Below, one piece after another: positions 1 to 23,326 of a stretch of DNA of 64,000 nt. Origin of the DNA: the human T2T-CHM13v2.0 reference genome, Homo sapiens. The DNA is taken from assembly GCF_009914755.1 (NCBI RefSeq), contig NC_060925.1, one strand, 5' to 3'. Position 1 is the first letter of the stretch. Each line of letters starts with the position of its first letter. The position numbers and the translations under genes were made by a program. The notes below the pieces were generated by a model, which searched no databases, had not been told where the DNA came from, and saw only the letters and a list, made by a program, of their open reading frames with translations.

Positions 1-849
1 ATCCTCTTTGCAAATTCATTCAGCTCAGTTACACAGAACTCATGACATTTTCTCAAGATGACTAGCTGCTTTGGGTGATGCGCACAGGTTATTTGGGGGA
101 CGCAGAAATCTGTCACATTTGACCATCTCACCCCTGTGGCCAAAATAATCCGGAATCCCAGCTTGGTCTGGGCTGCACTCCCTGGGGGAAGAACTCAGAA
201 AGGAAGGAGCTGTGTGCTCAGGTGACACCTCCTCCCTGGACTCTGTCCTGCCGCAGCACCTGCTGCCTTCAGCAGACCAGGCTGAGCTGTTCCCACTGAA
301 TGCACCCTTAGCCCTGTGCTCCACAAGGGGCCTGCAAAATGCAGGATCTCACTAAGCTTAAAGAAAACCAGGAATTTCAGAGACGAACAAGAAAGAGGAG
401 TGCTCCTCTGAAGTGAATCAGTCCCTGCAATCCAGCACATATTCGACGAGGTATGCATGCAAGTGTGCTTTGTTTGAAGAGCCCTACTTTAAGATGGGAA
501 ATGTGTATGAGGACAGAGGAATCTTCCCGTTTACAGAACAATTCCCTTCTGCCTTCCCCCTTCCTTCCCTCTCATAGCTGGTTAAATGAAAGGGGCAGAA
601 GACTTTCAAAGTGTGTTAAAAGCCAGTGTTCTAAATAAGCCATTTTTTTTTTCCTTTTAAAATGTTCTTTTTTGGTATTTGTTTGGCATGCCGTAGTCCT
701 TGGTAAAATTCTTTCAGAAAATTTCAGGAGATCTCAATTTACTAAAGGGAAAGAGAATTGCCCCATGGCTTCATAATAGTAGAATTCAAAGTCAGAGAAA
801 TGGTGGCTTGGAAAACCTAAGGGAAAATGCTGGGGACATTTTCCTATAT

Positions 850-1140
850 ACACTTTTAAAGTTCAGAATAACATGCTCACAGAAAATTGCAGAAGTCAAA
901 GTATATGGTTTGAGAAATATTCATGTAACCACCATCCAAATAGACAATTACCCTCCTCCCAGTCATGTCCATACCCTTCCAGCATTACAGATTAATTGTG
1001 CCTTGTTTTGAAATATCAACTAAAAGTGGGATCGCACCAAACGTATAATTTGTGATGGCTTCTTTTGCTCAATGTTATGCTGGTGGATTCACCACATTGT
1101 TAAGTATGGTAGCATTTCACTCACTTTTAATGCTGTCAAA
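850..1140 (-). mobile_element. Old L1 (L1ME-like) 3' end fragment
   Basis: Degenerate L1M 3'UTR text (catgtaaccaccatccaa...ggcttcttttgctcaatgttatg...ttcaccacattgtt). Confidence 0.5.
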
Positions 1141-1196
1141 AGAATGCATTTTTTTTCTTTCAAAGTGTTAATACTGGTTATCTCTAGGTGATGGAA

Positions 1197-1345
1197 GTTT
1201 CTTTTATCAATACATAATAGTTGTACATATTTTGGGGGTACATGTGACTTTTTGGATACCTGCATACAATGTGTAATGATCAAATCAGGGCAATTGGGAT
1301 ATTCATTACCGCAAACACTTCTCTTTATATTGGGAACATTCACAA
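1197..1345 (-). mobile_element. L1MA-like 3' terminal fragment
   Basis: tcaatacataatagttgtacatattttgggggtacatgtga...aatgatcaaatcaggg matches the L1MA 3' end in reverse. Confidence 0.7.
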
Positions 1346-1654
1346 GAATACATTTTTGACACGCATCCATGGCAATCCTGAGGCAGGCAGCCCGGGCCTC
1401 TCTGTGAGAGATACTGCACCAGACCCAGGCGGCACAGCTCACAGCCCTGTTCTTCGGGACCTTAGAATCACAACGGCAGAAAACATAAAAATAGCCCCTC
1501 AAGAACCAGAGCCAGGTCCTGAGTTTAACTGAGGTCAGGAGCAATTTTGCAACCCCCTGGCTATAATCTAAAGTAATGCTGTGGAGAAGCTAGAGGTTGG
1601 AAATCGCTTTTTTCCCCATGGGGTCAGCAATATCAAAATCCCGGAGGAAAGAAG

Positions 1655-1732
1655 GTGTGTGTGTGTTGTGTGTGTGTGTGTGTGTGTGTGTGTAAGTGAA
1701 TGTGTATGTGTGTGAGCATGTGTGTGTGTGTG
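1655..1732. repeat. (TG)n microsatellite, interrupted
   Basis: Seen directly. Confidence 0.95.
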
Positions 1733-2101
1733 ATGGGCTGAACAAAATTAATATGTTGAAGTCCTAACTCCTAGTACCGGAGAATGTGACTGTATTCACA
1801 GATAAGGTCCTTCAAGTGGTAATTAAATTAAAATGAGGTCATTAGGATAGGCCCTCATCCAACATGACTGGTATTCTTATAAGATGAACTGTGGACACAG
1901 ACACACACAGAGGGAAGACAGTGTGAGGATGCAGGGAGAAGCTGACCATCTACCAGACAAGCACAGAGGACTCAGAGGAAGCCGATCCTGCCGACACCCG
2001 GACCTCAGACTTCCAGCCTCCAGAACGTGAGAGTCAATTCTTGTGATTTAAGCCACCCAGCGGGCCGGACTTTGTGATGGTCGCCTTGGCACATTGATAC
2101 A
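1728..2101 (+). mobile_element. MaLR solo LTR, MLT1B-like
   Basis: tatgttgaagtcctaac...gaatgtgactgtatt...aaaatgaggtcattagg...gacttccagcctccagaac...tgataca. Confidence 0.85.
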
Positions 2102-2624
2102 GTGTGTGTGCATGCATGTGTTTCATCTTTTCTTACCAGACCTAAAATGTGCTTTGCAGGGAGCAGGAGCTTGGCACACCTGCGGAATGTAAGTGCTGTG
2201 TGTAATTGGTGACTCAGGCAGGAACAGGTGCTCACAACTGACATTCCCAGGCCCTCCTCTCCCACCTTGGTTTGGAGGCCTCCTCCAACCTGCACCTCAC
2301 CCCCTCCTCTCTCAGCTGACTGCCAGCTGCCTGGACTAAGCTGGCTGAGCTGTGCCAAATTGAGTGGCAGCTCTGAACAGATGCAGGCCTGGCAGGCTCC
2401 CTGGGGGCATCTGGAGGGGAAAGAGAACCATCCTGAAATGGCAGGAAAAACACTTCTCCCTGGCAGCGCAGAGCAGATGGGGGTGGGGCAATTGCCAAAC
2501 AGGCTTGAGAGAAACAAAAGATGCTTCATGCAATACGACTCAATTCAAAAAACGGAAACAAAACAGATTCATCTTCCTCACCATCAAAACTCTTTTGACA
2601 AATTGAATCAATGAATAGAATCTT

Positions 2625-2735
2625 TTCTCTTTTCTTTTTTCGCCCATGCTGGCCTCAAACATTTGGGCTCAAGAGATCCTCCTACTGAAGCCTCCCATGG
2701 AGCTGGGGCTGTAGGTACAAGCCACTGCACCTGGC
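2625..2735 (-). mobile_element. Alu monomer fragment (FLAM/AluJ-like)
   Basis: T-tract followed by gggctcaagagatcctcc...gccactgcacctggc. Confidence 0.75.
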
Positions 2736-3252
2736 TTCAACTAATAGAATCTTTATCCTAATTTCAGGTCCCTTTAAGAACAGCCAGTGAAAAGGGTAAG
2801 CAGGAGACTCACACTAGATGTGGTTGACATCTTGGATCAGTAAGGAAAGAGTAGCCAGAAGCAAGGGGAAAGGCGTATCCTTCCTCCTTTTGATGGTTTA
2901 GTTCTAATATGTATTGTGACAAACAACCTCAGGTGTTTGAGTGAATTTGTGGCTCTGTGGGAGGTTTTGTGTAAGAGTTCAGGCCCTCAGCTGACAGGTG
3001 CCCCCGAGGTCCCTCTATCAGCACGTTGTGTTAATAAGTAGCAGTGGCTTCTGTGTGAAGAAAAGCCCCACCCCGGGCTCAGCCACTTGAGTTTTAAGAA
3101 TGCGTAATCACTGCCTTTGTTTTCTACAAGAGAGCTGGCTTTAGGTTAGGTCAAAATTCCTGTGAAGTTAGGAATTTCTACATCCCAGTTAATCCTTACA
3201 AAGTGTGTTACTCTCCTCTGTACTCCTACAACCTCAGGATAACCTATACCTC

Positions 3253-4095
<843 letters not shown>

Positions 4096-4248
4096 CCTCC
4101 ACATCGAATACACAAGACAATTTTTGACATGTCTGTATGCGTTTCTTCTGTAAGAGTTCAAGAAATGGGAAGACTTTCTAAAAGCAGTTACATGTTTTGA
4201 ATTGGTGCCCAGTCCAAAACGCTGACAATACCAAATGCTGGTGAGGAC

Positions 4249-4954
4249 TGAAACTGCCCTTGCAAAATTATGACAGTGAGAGAAATCTAACATAATTGAC
4301 TCCATCTTGCTTCTAACCTTCAAGCTATCCTTGCTCTTTGCTGAGTGTGGGCCAAACTAACCTTGGGACAAATTTTGTTTATAGTTTAAATGATAATAGC
4401 CCTTCCCCAAAACTAAACTGCCCTTGTAAAACTAATGAAAGACCACTAGGTTAGGAGGATGAGAGGGGCCTGAATTCTACTAAGACGTAGGCATAGGTTA
4501 AAAATTACTAGCTATTATTCCAGAGGTCAGAAGATTTGCAACTTCCCCAATTACCCCTGTACATAACATCACTATTGTAGAACCTAGGATTGGCCTTTTG
4601 AGATGTCTTTGCAGACATTTGCATTTCTGATGACTGGATGGCCCCACCGAGACCAGTGACTCCTCTGTGGGCCTCACCCAAAAGTGAACTCAATACTTAA
4701 GGACCATTTTTCACAACCCTATGATTGTATCCCCAACGATTCAGCAGCACCCATACCCTACTTCCCTGCCCATCAAACTATCTTTGAAAAACCTCAGCCT
4801 CCAAATTTTTGAGGTGATTGATTTGAACAATAACTCCGTCTCTTGCGTTGTGTGGCCAGCCTCGTGTCAATTAAACTCTTTACTGCAAGAGTATGGTCTC
4901 AGTGAATTGATTTTGTCTGTGCAGAAGACAGGAAGAACTCGTTGGGTGATTACA
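4249..4954 (+). mobile_element. ERV1 solo LTR, LTR8-like
   Basis: tgaaactgcccttgcaaaattatgacag...gggtgattaca; 4-bp TSD GGAC/GGAT. Confidence 0.85.
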
Positions 4955-5080
4955 GGATGTGGAGCAATGGGAACTCCACAAAATTCAGTGTGTTCTTACA
5001 ATAGGATCCAGCAGTTAGCTCCTTGGTGTTTACCTAAATGAGTGGAAAACTTATGCCCCACAAAAACCTGCACACAGATG

Positions 5081-12519
<7,439 letters not shown>

Positions 12520-12931
12520 GATTTTTATGGCAGCTTTTTTCATAATTGCCCAAATTTGGAGGCAACCAAGAAATCCTTCAATAGGTAAATTGATAAACTG
12601 TGGCCCATCCATACAGTGAAATATTATTCAGTGCTAAAAGGAAATAAGCTACCAAGATGCAAAAAGACTTCACACAAAACCTGCAGACAGGTTTTGGGAG
12701 AGGGGAAGGGATTGTATGAGAAATCTCTGTCATTTCTGCTCAATTTTGCTGTGAAACTAAAACTGCTCTATAAAATAAAGTATATTTTAAAAACTAAAAA
12801 TAAAGTGAGGGAAGGTGGCAGGAGAAACCATGAGTACAGAAAAAATTATAGCCTAGTTATAGTGGGGCTGGGAGATAAGCCAAGCATTCATGAGCTGGAG
12901 CAACAGAGAGATAGCAGGTGCCCCTGCCCAA

Positions 12932-13853
12932 TGGGGGCCAATATTCAACATTCTTAAAGAAAAGAATTTTCAACCCAGAATTTCATATCCAGCCAAACTA
13001 AGCTTCATAAATGAAGGAGAAATAAAATCCTTTAGAGACAAGGAAATGTGGAGAGATTTTGTCACTACCAGACCTGCCTTACAAGAGCTCCTGAAGGAAG
13101 CACTAAACATGGAAAGGAACAACCAGTACCAGCCACTGCAAAAACATGCCAAATTGTAAAGACCATCGATGCTAGGAAGAAACTGCATCAAGTAATGAGC
13201 AAAATAACCAGCTAACATCATAATGACAGGATCAAATTCACACATAACAATATTAATCTTAAATGTATATGGGCTAAATGCTCCAGTTAAAAGACACAGA
13301 CTGGCAAATTGGATAAAGAATCAAGACCCATCAGTGTGCTGTATTCAGGAGACCCCTCTCACATGCAGAGACACACATAGGCTCAAAATAAAGGGATGGA
13401 GGAAGATCTACCAAGCAAATGGAAAACAAAAAAAAAAGCAGGAGTTGCAATCCTAGTCTCTGATAAAACAGACTTTAAACCAACAAAGACCAAAAGAGAC
13501 AAAGAAGGCCATTACATAATGGTAAAGGGATCAATTCAACAAGAAGAGTTAACTATCCTAAATATATATGCACCCAATACAGGAGCACCCAGATTCATAA
13601 AGCAAGTCCTTAGAGACCTACAAAGAGACTCGGACTCCCACACAATAGTAATGGGAGACTTTAACACCCCACTGTCAACATTAGACAGATCAAAGAGACA
13701 GAAAGTTAACAAGGATATTCAGGACTTAAACTCAGCTCTGGACCAAGGGGACCTAATAGACATCTACAGAATTCTCTACCCCAAATCAACAGAATATACA
13801 TTCTTCTCAGCACCACATCACACTTATTCCAAAGTTGACCACATAGTTGGAAG
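12932..13853 (+). mobile_element. Young L1PA internal fragment (ORF1 C-terminus, spacer, ORF2 endonuclease)
   Basis: WGPIFNILKEKNFQPRISYPAKLSF...KHAKL*, then MTGSNSHITIL...SKVDHIVG with a frameshift in an A-run; no 3' end. Confidence 0.9.
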
Positions 13854-16030
13854 AGACACACCTCAAGGTAATACAAGATAAATGGCAATAAATGATAAAC
13901 CCGCAGCCAACATTACACTGAATGGGGAAAAGTTGAAAGCATTCTCCCTGAGAACTAGAACAAGACACTTTCACCACTTCTATTCAACATAGTACTGGAA
14001 GTCCTAGCCAGAGCAATCAGACAAGAGAAAAAAATAAAAGGCATCTAAATTGGTAAAGAGGAAGCCAAACTGTCGCTGTTTGCCACTGAAATGATTATAT
14101 ACCTAGAAAACCCTAAAGACTCATCCAAAAAGCTCCTAGATTTGATAAATGAATTCGGTGAAATTTCAGGATACAAAATCAGTGTACACAAGTCAGTAGC
14201 ATTGCATTACACCAACAATGACCAAGCTGAGAACCAAATAAAAAACTCAACCTCATTCACAATAGCTGCAAAAAAAAAAAAAAAACAAAAACAAAAACTT
14301 AGCAATATACCTAACCAAGGAGGTGAAAGATCTCTACAAGGAAAACTACAAAACACTGTTGAAATAAATCATTGACAACACAAACAAATGGAAACACATC
14401 CCATCCTCATGGATGAGTAGAATCAGTGTTGTGAAAATGACCATACTGCCAAAAGCAATCTACAAATTCAATGCAATTCCCATCAAAATACCATCACCAT
14501 TTGTCACAGAAGTGGAAAAAAACAATCCTATAATTAATATGGAACGAAAAAGAGCCCACATAGCCAAAGCCATACTAAGCAAAAAGGAAAAATCCAGAGG
14601 CATCACATTTCATGACTTCAAACTATACTACAATGCTATAATTACCAAAACAGCACGACACTAGTATAAAGATAGGCATGTAGACCAATGGAACCGAATA
14701 GAGAACGTAGAATAAAGCCAAACACAGCCAACTGATCTTCAACAAAGCAAATAAAAACATAAAGTGGGGAAAGGACACCCTAGTCAACAAATGGTGTAGG
14801 GATAACTGGCAAGCCAAATGTAGAAGAATGAAGCTGGATCCTCATCTCTCACCTTATACAAAAATCAATTCAAGATGGGTCAAAGACTTAAATCTAAGAC
14901 CCAATACCATAAAAATTCTAGAAGATAACATTGGAAAAACTCTTCTAGACATTGACTTAGACAAAGAGTTCATGACCAATAACTCAAAAGCAAATGCAAC
15001 AAAAACAAAGATAAATAGATGGGACTTAATTAAACTAAAAAGCTTCTGCACAGCAAAAGAAATGATCAACAGAGTAAACAGACAACCCATAGACTGGGAG
15101 AAAATATTTTCAAACTATGCATCTCACAAAGGACTAATATCCAGAATCTACAAGGAACTCAAATGAATCAGCAATAAAAAAACAAACAACCCCATCCAAA
15201 AAGTAGGCAAAGCACATGAATGGGCAATTCTCAAAAGAAGATATACAAATGGCCAAAAAACGTATGAAAAAGTGCTCAACATCACTAATGATCAGGGAAA
15301 TGCAAATTAAAACCACAATGAGATACAACCTTACTCCTGCAAGAATGGCCATAATTAAAAAATCAAAAATAACAGATGTTGGTATGAATGTGGGGAAAAG
15401 GGAATGCTTCTACACTGCTGTGGAAGTGTAAACTTGTACAACAACTGTGGAAAACAGTATGGAGATTCCTTAAAGAACTAAAAGTAGAACCTCTATTTGA
15501 TCCAGCAATCCCACTACTGGGTATCTACCCAGAGGAAAATAAGTCATCATATGAAAGACACTTGCACACACATGTTTATAGCAGCACAATTAGCAACTGC
15601 ACAAATATAGAACCAGTCTAAATGCCCATCAACCAATGGGTGGATAAGAAAAATGTGCTATATATAGACCATGGGCCACTCAGCCATAAAAAGGAATGAA
15701 ATAGTGGCATTCACAGCAACCTGGATGGAGTTGGAGACCATTATTCTAAGAGAAGTAACTCAGGAATGAAAAAACAAACATCATTATGTTCTCACTTATA
15801 AGTGCAAGCTAAACTATAAGGACATAAAGGCGTAAGAATGATATAATGGACTTTGGAGACTCAAAGGAAGGGTGGGAAGGCAGTGAGGGATAAAACAATA
15901 CATCGGGTACAGTGTACACTGCTTGGGTGATGGGTGCACCAAAATCTCAGAAATCACCATTAAAGAAATTTTCCAAGCAACCAGACACCACCTATTCCCC
16001 CAAAACTATTGAAATAGGAAAAATAAAGAA
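13854..16030 (+). mobile_element. L1PB1-like 3' half (RT to 3'UTR)
   Basis: ORF2 fragments [16 protein letters not shown] and [17 protein letters not shown]; 3'UTR gggtgatgggtgcaccaaaatctcagaaatcacc. Confidence 0.85.
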
Positions 16031-16204
16031 AGAAGGGGTACTGATCCTTGAATTAAAAAAAAAGAAAAGGGAAATAAAGATGGGAATTAAGCCATGAAAA
16101 CAAAGAAGGAGCTGGAATCTGCTGGCCCCTCTGCATCTGCCTTTCACTGCATCTGACCACAAGGGCCACCTGACTGTATTGAGCGCATTTCATTTCCACC
16201 TTTT

Positions 16205-16515
16205 TCTTTTTCTTTTTTCTTTTTTTTTTTTTTTGAGATGGAGTCTCGCTCTGTTGCCCAGGCTGGAGGGCAGTGGTGCAATCTTGGCTCACTGCAAGCT
16301 CCGTCTCCCAGGTTCATGCCATTCTCCTGCCTCAGCCTCCTGAGTAGCTGGGACTACAGGCGCCCACCACCATGCCCAGCTAATTTTTTGTATTTTTAGT
16401 AGAGATGGGGTTTCACCACGTTGACCAGAATGGTCTCTATCTCCTGACCTCGTGATCTGCCCACCTTGGCCTTCAAAAGTGCTGGGATTACAGGTGTGAG
16501 CCACCGCGTCCAGCC
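16205..16515 (-). mobile_element. AluY
   Basis: Diagnostic gcaagctcc...ttcatgccattctcc; TSD CATTTCCACCTTTT (16191-16204 and 16517-16530). Confidence 0.95.
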
Positions 16516-16945
16516 CCATTTCCACCTTTTAAATGTCGTAGAGGTACCTTGTTTGGTCAGTTCTAACCTGAAACCTCATAGAGTTCAAGATTCTGAGAAA
16601 AATTATTTCACCTTACATTAATACAGCCAATTTGTGGCAAACACTGATATCAAATTTACATTCTACTGCCATTTTCTGAGCCTTAAACTTTAAGTTTAAT
16701 GCTAAAGCATAGTGTAATCTTTTTGAAGATATTTTAAGTGGCAACTAATTTTAACATGGGTAGTACCAACAATGTATGTAACTCAACCAGAGTGATGACA
16801 ATATAAACAGCTATGACCAAGTTTGCATGTGCACAGGCCGTGACCACTGTGTCACAACTGGCTGGCGGTGTTTATAAGATGCCATCACCTGTAAGACACA
16901 TCCCAACTACAAAGACATCAACATGTGGAAAATGTACTTCTTTAT

Positions 16946-17362
16946 TGATATGGTTTGCATATTTGTCCCCTCCAAATCTCATGTTAAAATATAAACCCCA
17001 GTGTTGGAGGTGGGGCCTGGTGGGAGGTGATTGGATCATGGGAGCAGATCTTCATGAATGGTTTAGCACCATCCTTTTGGTGATGAGTGAGTTCTCACTC
17101 AGTGAGTTCATGTGCTATCTGGTTGTTTAAAAGTGTGTGGCACCTCCGCCTTTGTTGTCATGCTCCTGCTCTCACCATGTGAGATGCCTGCTCCCTCTTC
17201 ACCTTCCACCATGATTGGATGCCTCTGAGGTCCTCCCCAGAAGTGATGCTAGCACCACACTTCTTGTACAGCCTGCAGAACCATGAGCCAATCAAACTTC
17301 TTTCCTTTATAAATTACCCAGCCTCAGGTGTTTCTTTATAGCAATGCAAATAACCTAACACA
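16946..17362 (+). mobile_element. MaLR solo LTR, MSTB-like
   Basis: tgatatggtttg...ataaattacccagcctcagg...ctaacaca; 5-bp TSD TTTAT/CTTAT. Confidence 0.85.
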
Positions 17363-17679
17363 CTTATGAACTTTTATTATTTCCACTGCTTCTATTTACA
17401 GGTAAGGAAAATGAGAAACAGAGAACCTAAGCAAGTTTTAAATTGGAGAAGTTGACAGAAAAAAGATGCAAGAACATCATAAAATATTTTATCAAAATTC
17501 TTCAATTTTCAGATAAACTGAGGTCAAAGAGCATAAGCGTCTTGATTATTTTAACACAGCTCAGTAAAGACAGTGTGAGGGTGTAAATCCATGTCTTTTG
17601 AGTTGAGGGGCCATTGCCTTTTCTTGTATATTATGCTGAATTTAAAGCACAGAGCCTACATTTGGGAATGGTTTAAAGG

Positions 17680-17860
17680 AGTGCATTTCAAACTTTTTTT
17701 GGATCATGATCCATATTATTCATCATATATTACATCTGCACCCATATATAATACAAAAATATATAAATATATAACCAAAGCAAAAGTTTTATGAAGCAAT
17801 ACTTACTACACATGACACATTCTAATATTTTTATTTGTTTTATATTCTGTTTAGTTTAAA
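17680..17860. mobile_element. hAT DNA transposon fragment, MER119-like
   Basis: caaaagttttatgaagcaatacttactacacatgacacattctaatattttt resembles the recalled consensus. Confidence 0.4.
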
Positions 17861-17869
17861 AATATTCTG

Positions 17870-20115
<2,246 letters not shown>

Positions 20116-20119
20116 GGAT

Positions 20120-20206
20120 TGGCCTTGAACTTCTGGGCTCAAGAAGTCCTCCAACTGCAGCCTCCCAAGTAGCTGGAACTACAGGTGTTTGCGACCTTGC
20201 CCAGCT
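20120..20206 (-). mobile_element. Alu monomer fragment
   Basis: gggctcaagaagtcctcc...gcctcccaagtagctggaactacagg. Confidence 0.7.
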
Positions 20207-21542
20207 GAGAATGCCTTTCTTCCCAGCCATTTTCCAAGCCTCGCCTCTGACCTCATATGGATTCTGTGTTCTCTATTATATTTTCAATCTATCCCCTTCT
20301 TGGTTAAGGTAACCAGATTTGATTTCTGTTGATTGCAATAAATAATTCATTAATGCATTTCCAGAACTCTGGTCTTTGAGTCCTAGGCCAATAGATATAT
20401 TTGCACCCCTATCCAGAGAGAAGAGAACATGCCAATTTCCCATTCTTCTCATTCTGAGAATCAGAAAATTGAAGGAGTAGTGATTGCATTCCCTTTATAG
20501 GAGGAACCTTATTAATCATTGTTGAGACATCTCAGATTTGAGGTTTAGGTTTTAAAAAGTAAAAACGTCTTCATCATTTTATTCCCAAGAGGTTTTGCTT
20601 TGCTTTAATACACTCAGCAAAATGCCTGCCACTCCTTTTACTTATTACCAGAGAAGAGCCTTTCACTAATTCTGAGGCACTCAGCTCTCTATGTCTCTGC
20701 TATGAACACTTTGTTCTGCAGCATCTTTATCGTATTTTATTTTTCCCCAACTTATTTGATTTTGAGCTGAAGAAACAACTTCAAATGCACTTCCAAACCA
20801 AAAAGACTCTCCTGCTGAGCAGCATCGCAAACTCTGAGAAGTCTTGTGAGCATGCTCCCTGACAGTCGCACCCAGGGGTTTACTGTTTGATTGACAAGTT
20901 GCAAAAGGGCTGCAGATAGAAAACAACAGACAGCCAGTATGTTTTCTTAGGATGGAACCACGTTTTTTAAAAAATAAAAGTAAAAACTAAGCCACAAAGA
21001 ACAGGAGATTTCACATTAAAAATTCAGATTTTTTTACATCATTAGAAAACTATAGAATGTAGCAGCAAGAAGTCCATGTTCCACAGGGCACAACAAAGCA
21101 AGTCACTACCAGTTTGCCTCAGTCCCCAGCTCTCGCTGTTATCATTCTGGCACTGAGGCTGAAAGTCTGCTGTTATTTTCCTGCTGCTTCTTCTGTTGTC
21201 TGTGAATGAAAGGTAGAAAAGGCCATCTGTTTGAAGAAAAATGGAACAGAACATATTTGCAAGATTGCCTAATGGTTGTGTAATTTGTGTCCTGCACAAA
21301 CAGCACAAGTCAGGGCTGGTATACAGTGCACACTTACCCCTGGCTTGGGGCAGCATCAGCCCAGAGGGGACATCATTTTCTAATTTGCTCAAAGCCTTCA
21401 TATAGACTAGCAGGGGCTGGGCATATTTTATATGTGATGTGTGTTTGTGTTAAAAGAGTAAAATTCAGCCTGCTTTACTTATTTATGTTGCCTGGTCAGC
21501 AGTGTACACGTCTGAATTTGCAATCTTTGGTATATTCCTACT

Positions 21543-22783
21543 TGTCTTAATCCACTCAAGCTATGTAGTGAATTCCTATAATTTTATGTTGCTTCAGCAT
21601 CTATTTTGAATACAATTTGGACCTTCTTATACCCGAAGCAAAGAATAGTCACCATTGACACAGTTTCCAGTTACCCACCTATTCCCAATTTCTCAAGGTG
21701 GTTGACCCAGATATCTGCCTTAAAAAACTGCCTCCTGATGAATGCTTTGCTATGGGACAGCTAGATGCAGCCTGCGTTGCATCTCACCCCACTGACCCCC
21801 ACACTCGACGAGGGCTGCACAGATATGCTGCAATGACCATCTTAAAGTAAGCGTGACTCCATGGAACTCATGCCTGCTTGCTCTATAACCATCAGTTAGA
21901 ACTCCCAGCAGGAAACCTGCCTGGGTAACACCCGGGACCCCAGTGAAGGCCCCAGCCCCTAGGTCCTTCCCTCTCTGGTACTCCCCCTGCTGGTTAAGTG
22001 CCCTGCCCCTGCAGTCTTCCTGTTGACCTTATTGGTACTCCCCTTCTCTTGTGGATCGGTAAGTAATCCACTGCTTCTGATATTTCCTGTGTTTTGTTGC
22101 ATCGTCTCCTCTGTGTCTCACCTGACCGACACACCTGAAGCTAACTTCTCTCCAGGTCAGCGTTCCCCGAGACAGTGGCTATCTCACTTGGAAAAAACTG
22201 GACATAGGTCAAACAAGAGCCACAAAGGCATTTACCAAGGGAAACACATTTCCTGTGATAGGGACCCCGGGTCACAGGCCAGACAGTTAGGCATCCTTTA
22301 TTAGGATAAAGAAGTATCCTGTGAAAGACACAGAGTAAACGTTCATGACCACTTCCCCTACAGCCCCATCAGGGCAGGCCTAGAGTTTACAGCCTCCCTC
22401 AGGAGAGAACCTTAAGACCAAATTAGGAAAAAATATAACAGGCTGCTCTAACAAAAATACCATAGACCAAATAGCTTATAAGAAAAAAAAATTTGCTTCT
22501 CACAATTCTGGAGGCTGGCAAGTCCAAGATCAAGGCACTGGCAGAGCTGGTGTCTGATGAGGGCCCATTTCATGGTTTATGGACATGCCTTCTGGCTGTG
22601 TTCTCACATGGTAGAAGGGGTGAGTGAGCTCTCTGGGGTCTTTTTCCTAAGGGACTCATTCATAAGGGCTCCACCTGCCTGACCTAATCACTTCTCAAAG
22701 GCCACATCTTCAAATACCATCACATTAGGGATTAAAATTTTAACATATGGATTTGGGGAGACCTAAACATTTAATCTATAGCA
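21543..22783 (-). mobile_element. MLT1A-like LTR split by MER54 (21543-21563 and 22441-22783)
   Basis: tgtcttaatcca...|ggctgctctaacaaaaataccatagac...tatagca; TSD CTACT/CTACG. Confidence 0.8.
21564..22440 (+). mobile_element. ERVL solo LTR, MER54-like
   Basis: tgtagtgaattcctataattttatgttg...gaccaaattaggaaaaaatataaca. Confidence 0.75.
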
Positions 22784-23054
22784 CTACGGTTTCATAAGCT
22801 ATAATTTCACGGGATTTCCAGAACAATCCAGATATAAAAAAATTTTTTTCCCAACTAGGCATGGACAAGTTAAGACCTTTTCTGTTATTACAAATACCCA
22901 AAACAGACTTTTCACCCACCTCCCTTTTGCCCAGTGGGTGACCTGCACGTTAGAATAGTCCCTGTTCACTCCCATGTTGAAGCCTTCACCCCTGCTCTCT
23001 CCCTCATTTGAAACAACCTCACCACCCACTACACCTATCCAGATCTTTCCTATT

Positions 23055-23326
23055 CTTTTTTTTTTCTTTTTTGAGACAGGATCTCACTCTGTTGCCCAGG
23101 CTGGAGTGTAGCTGCATGAGCATAGCTCATTTGCAGCCTCAACCTCCTGGGTTCAAGTGATCCCTCCACCTCCCAAGTAGCTGGGGCTACAGGGCATGAG
23201 CCACCATGCCTGGCTATTTTTTTAATTTTTTTTTTGTAGAGACAGGGTCTCACTATGTTGCCCAGGCTGGTCTTGAACTCCTGGGCTCAAGCAATTCTCC
23301 TGCCTCGGCCTCCCAAGATGCTGGGC
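23055..23326 (-). mobile_element. AluJ
   Basis: ctcactatgttgcccaggctggtcttgaactcctgggctcaagc. Confidence 0.9.

Noticed and set aside
2005-2614. Overlapping ORFs of 128-174 aa
   Set aside because: No recognisable domain, partly in MLT1, and open on both strands as expected by chance in GC-richer DNA.
12932-13853. Local inverted duplication of the adjacent L1PA7
   Set aside because: Many diagnostic differences point to a different, younger L1PA source.
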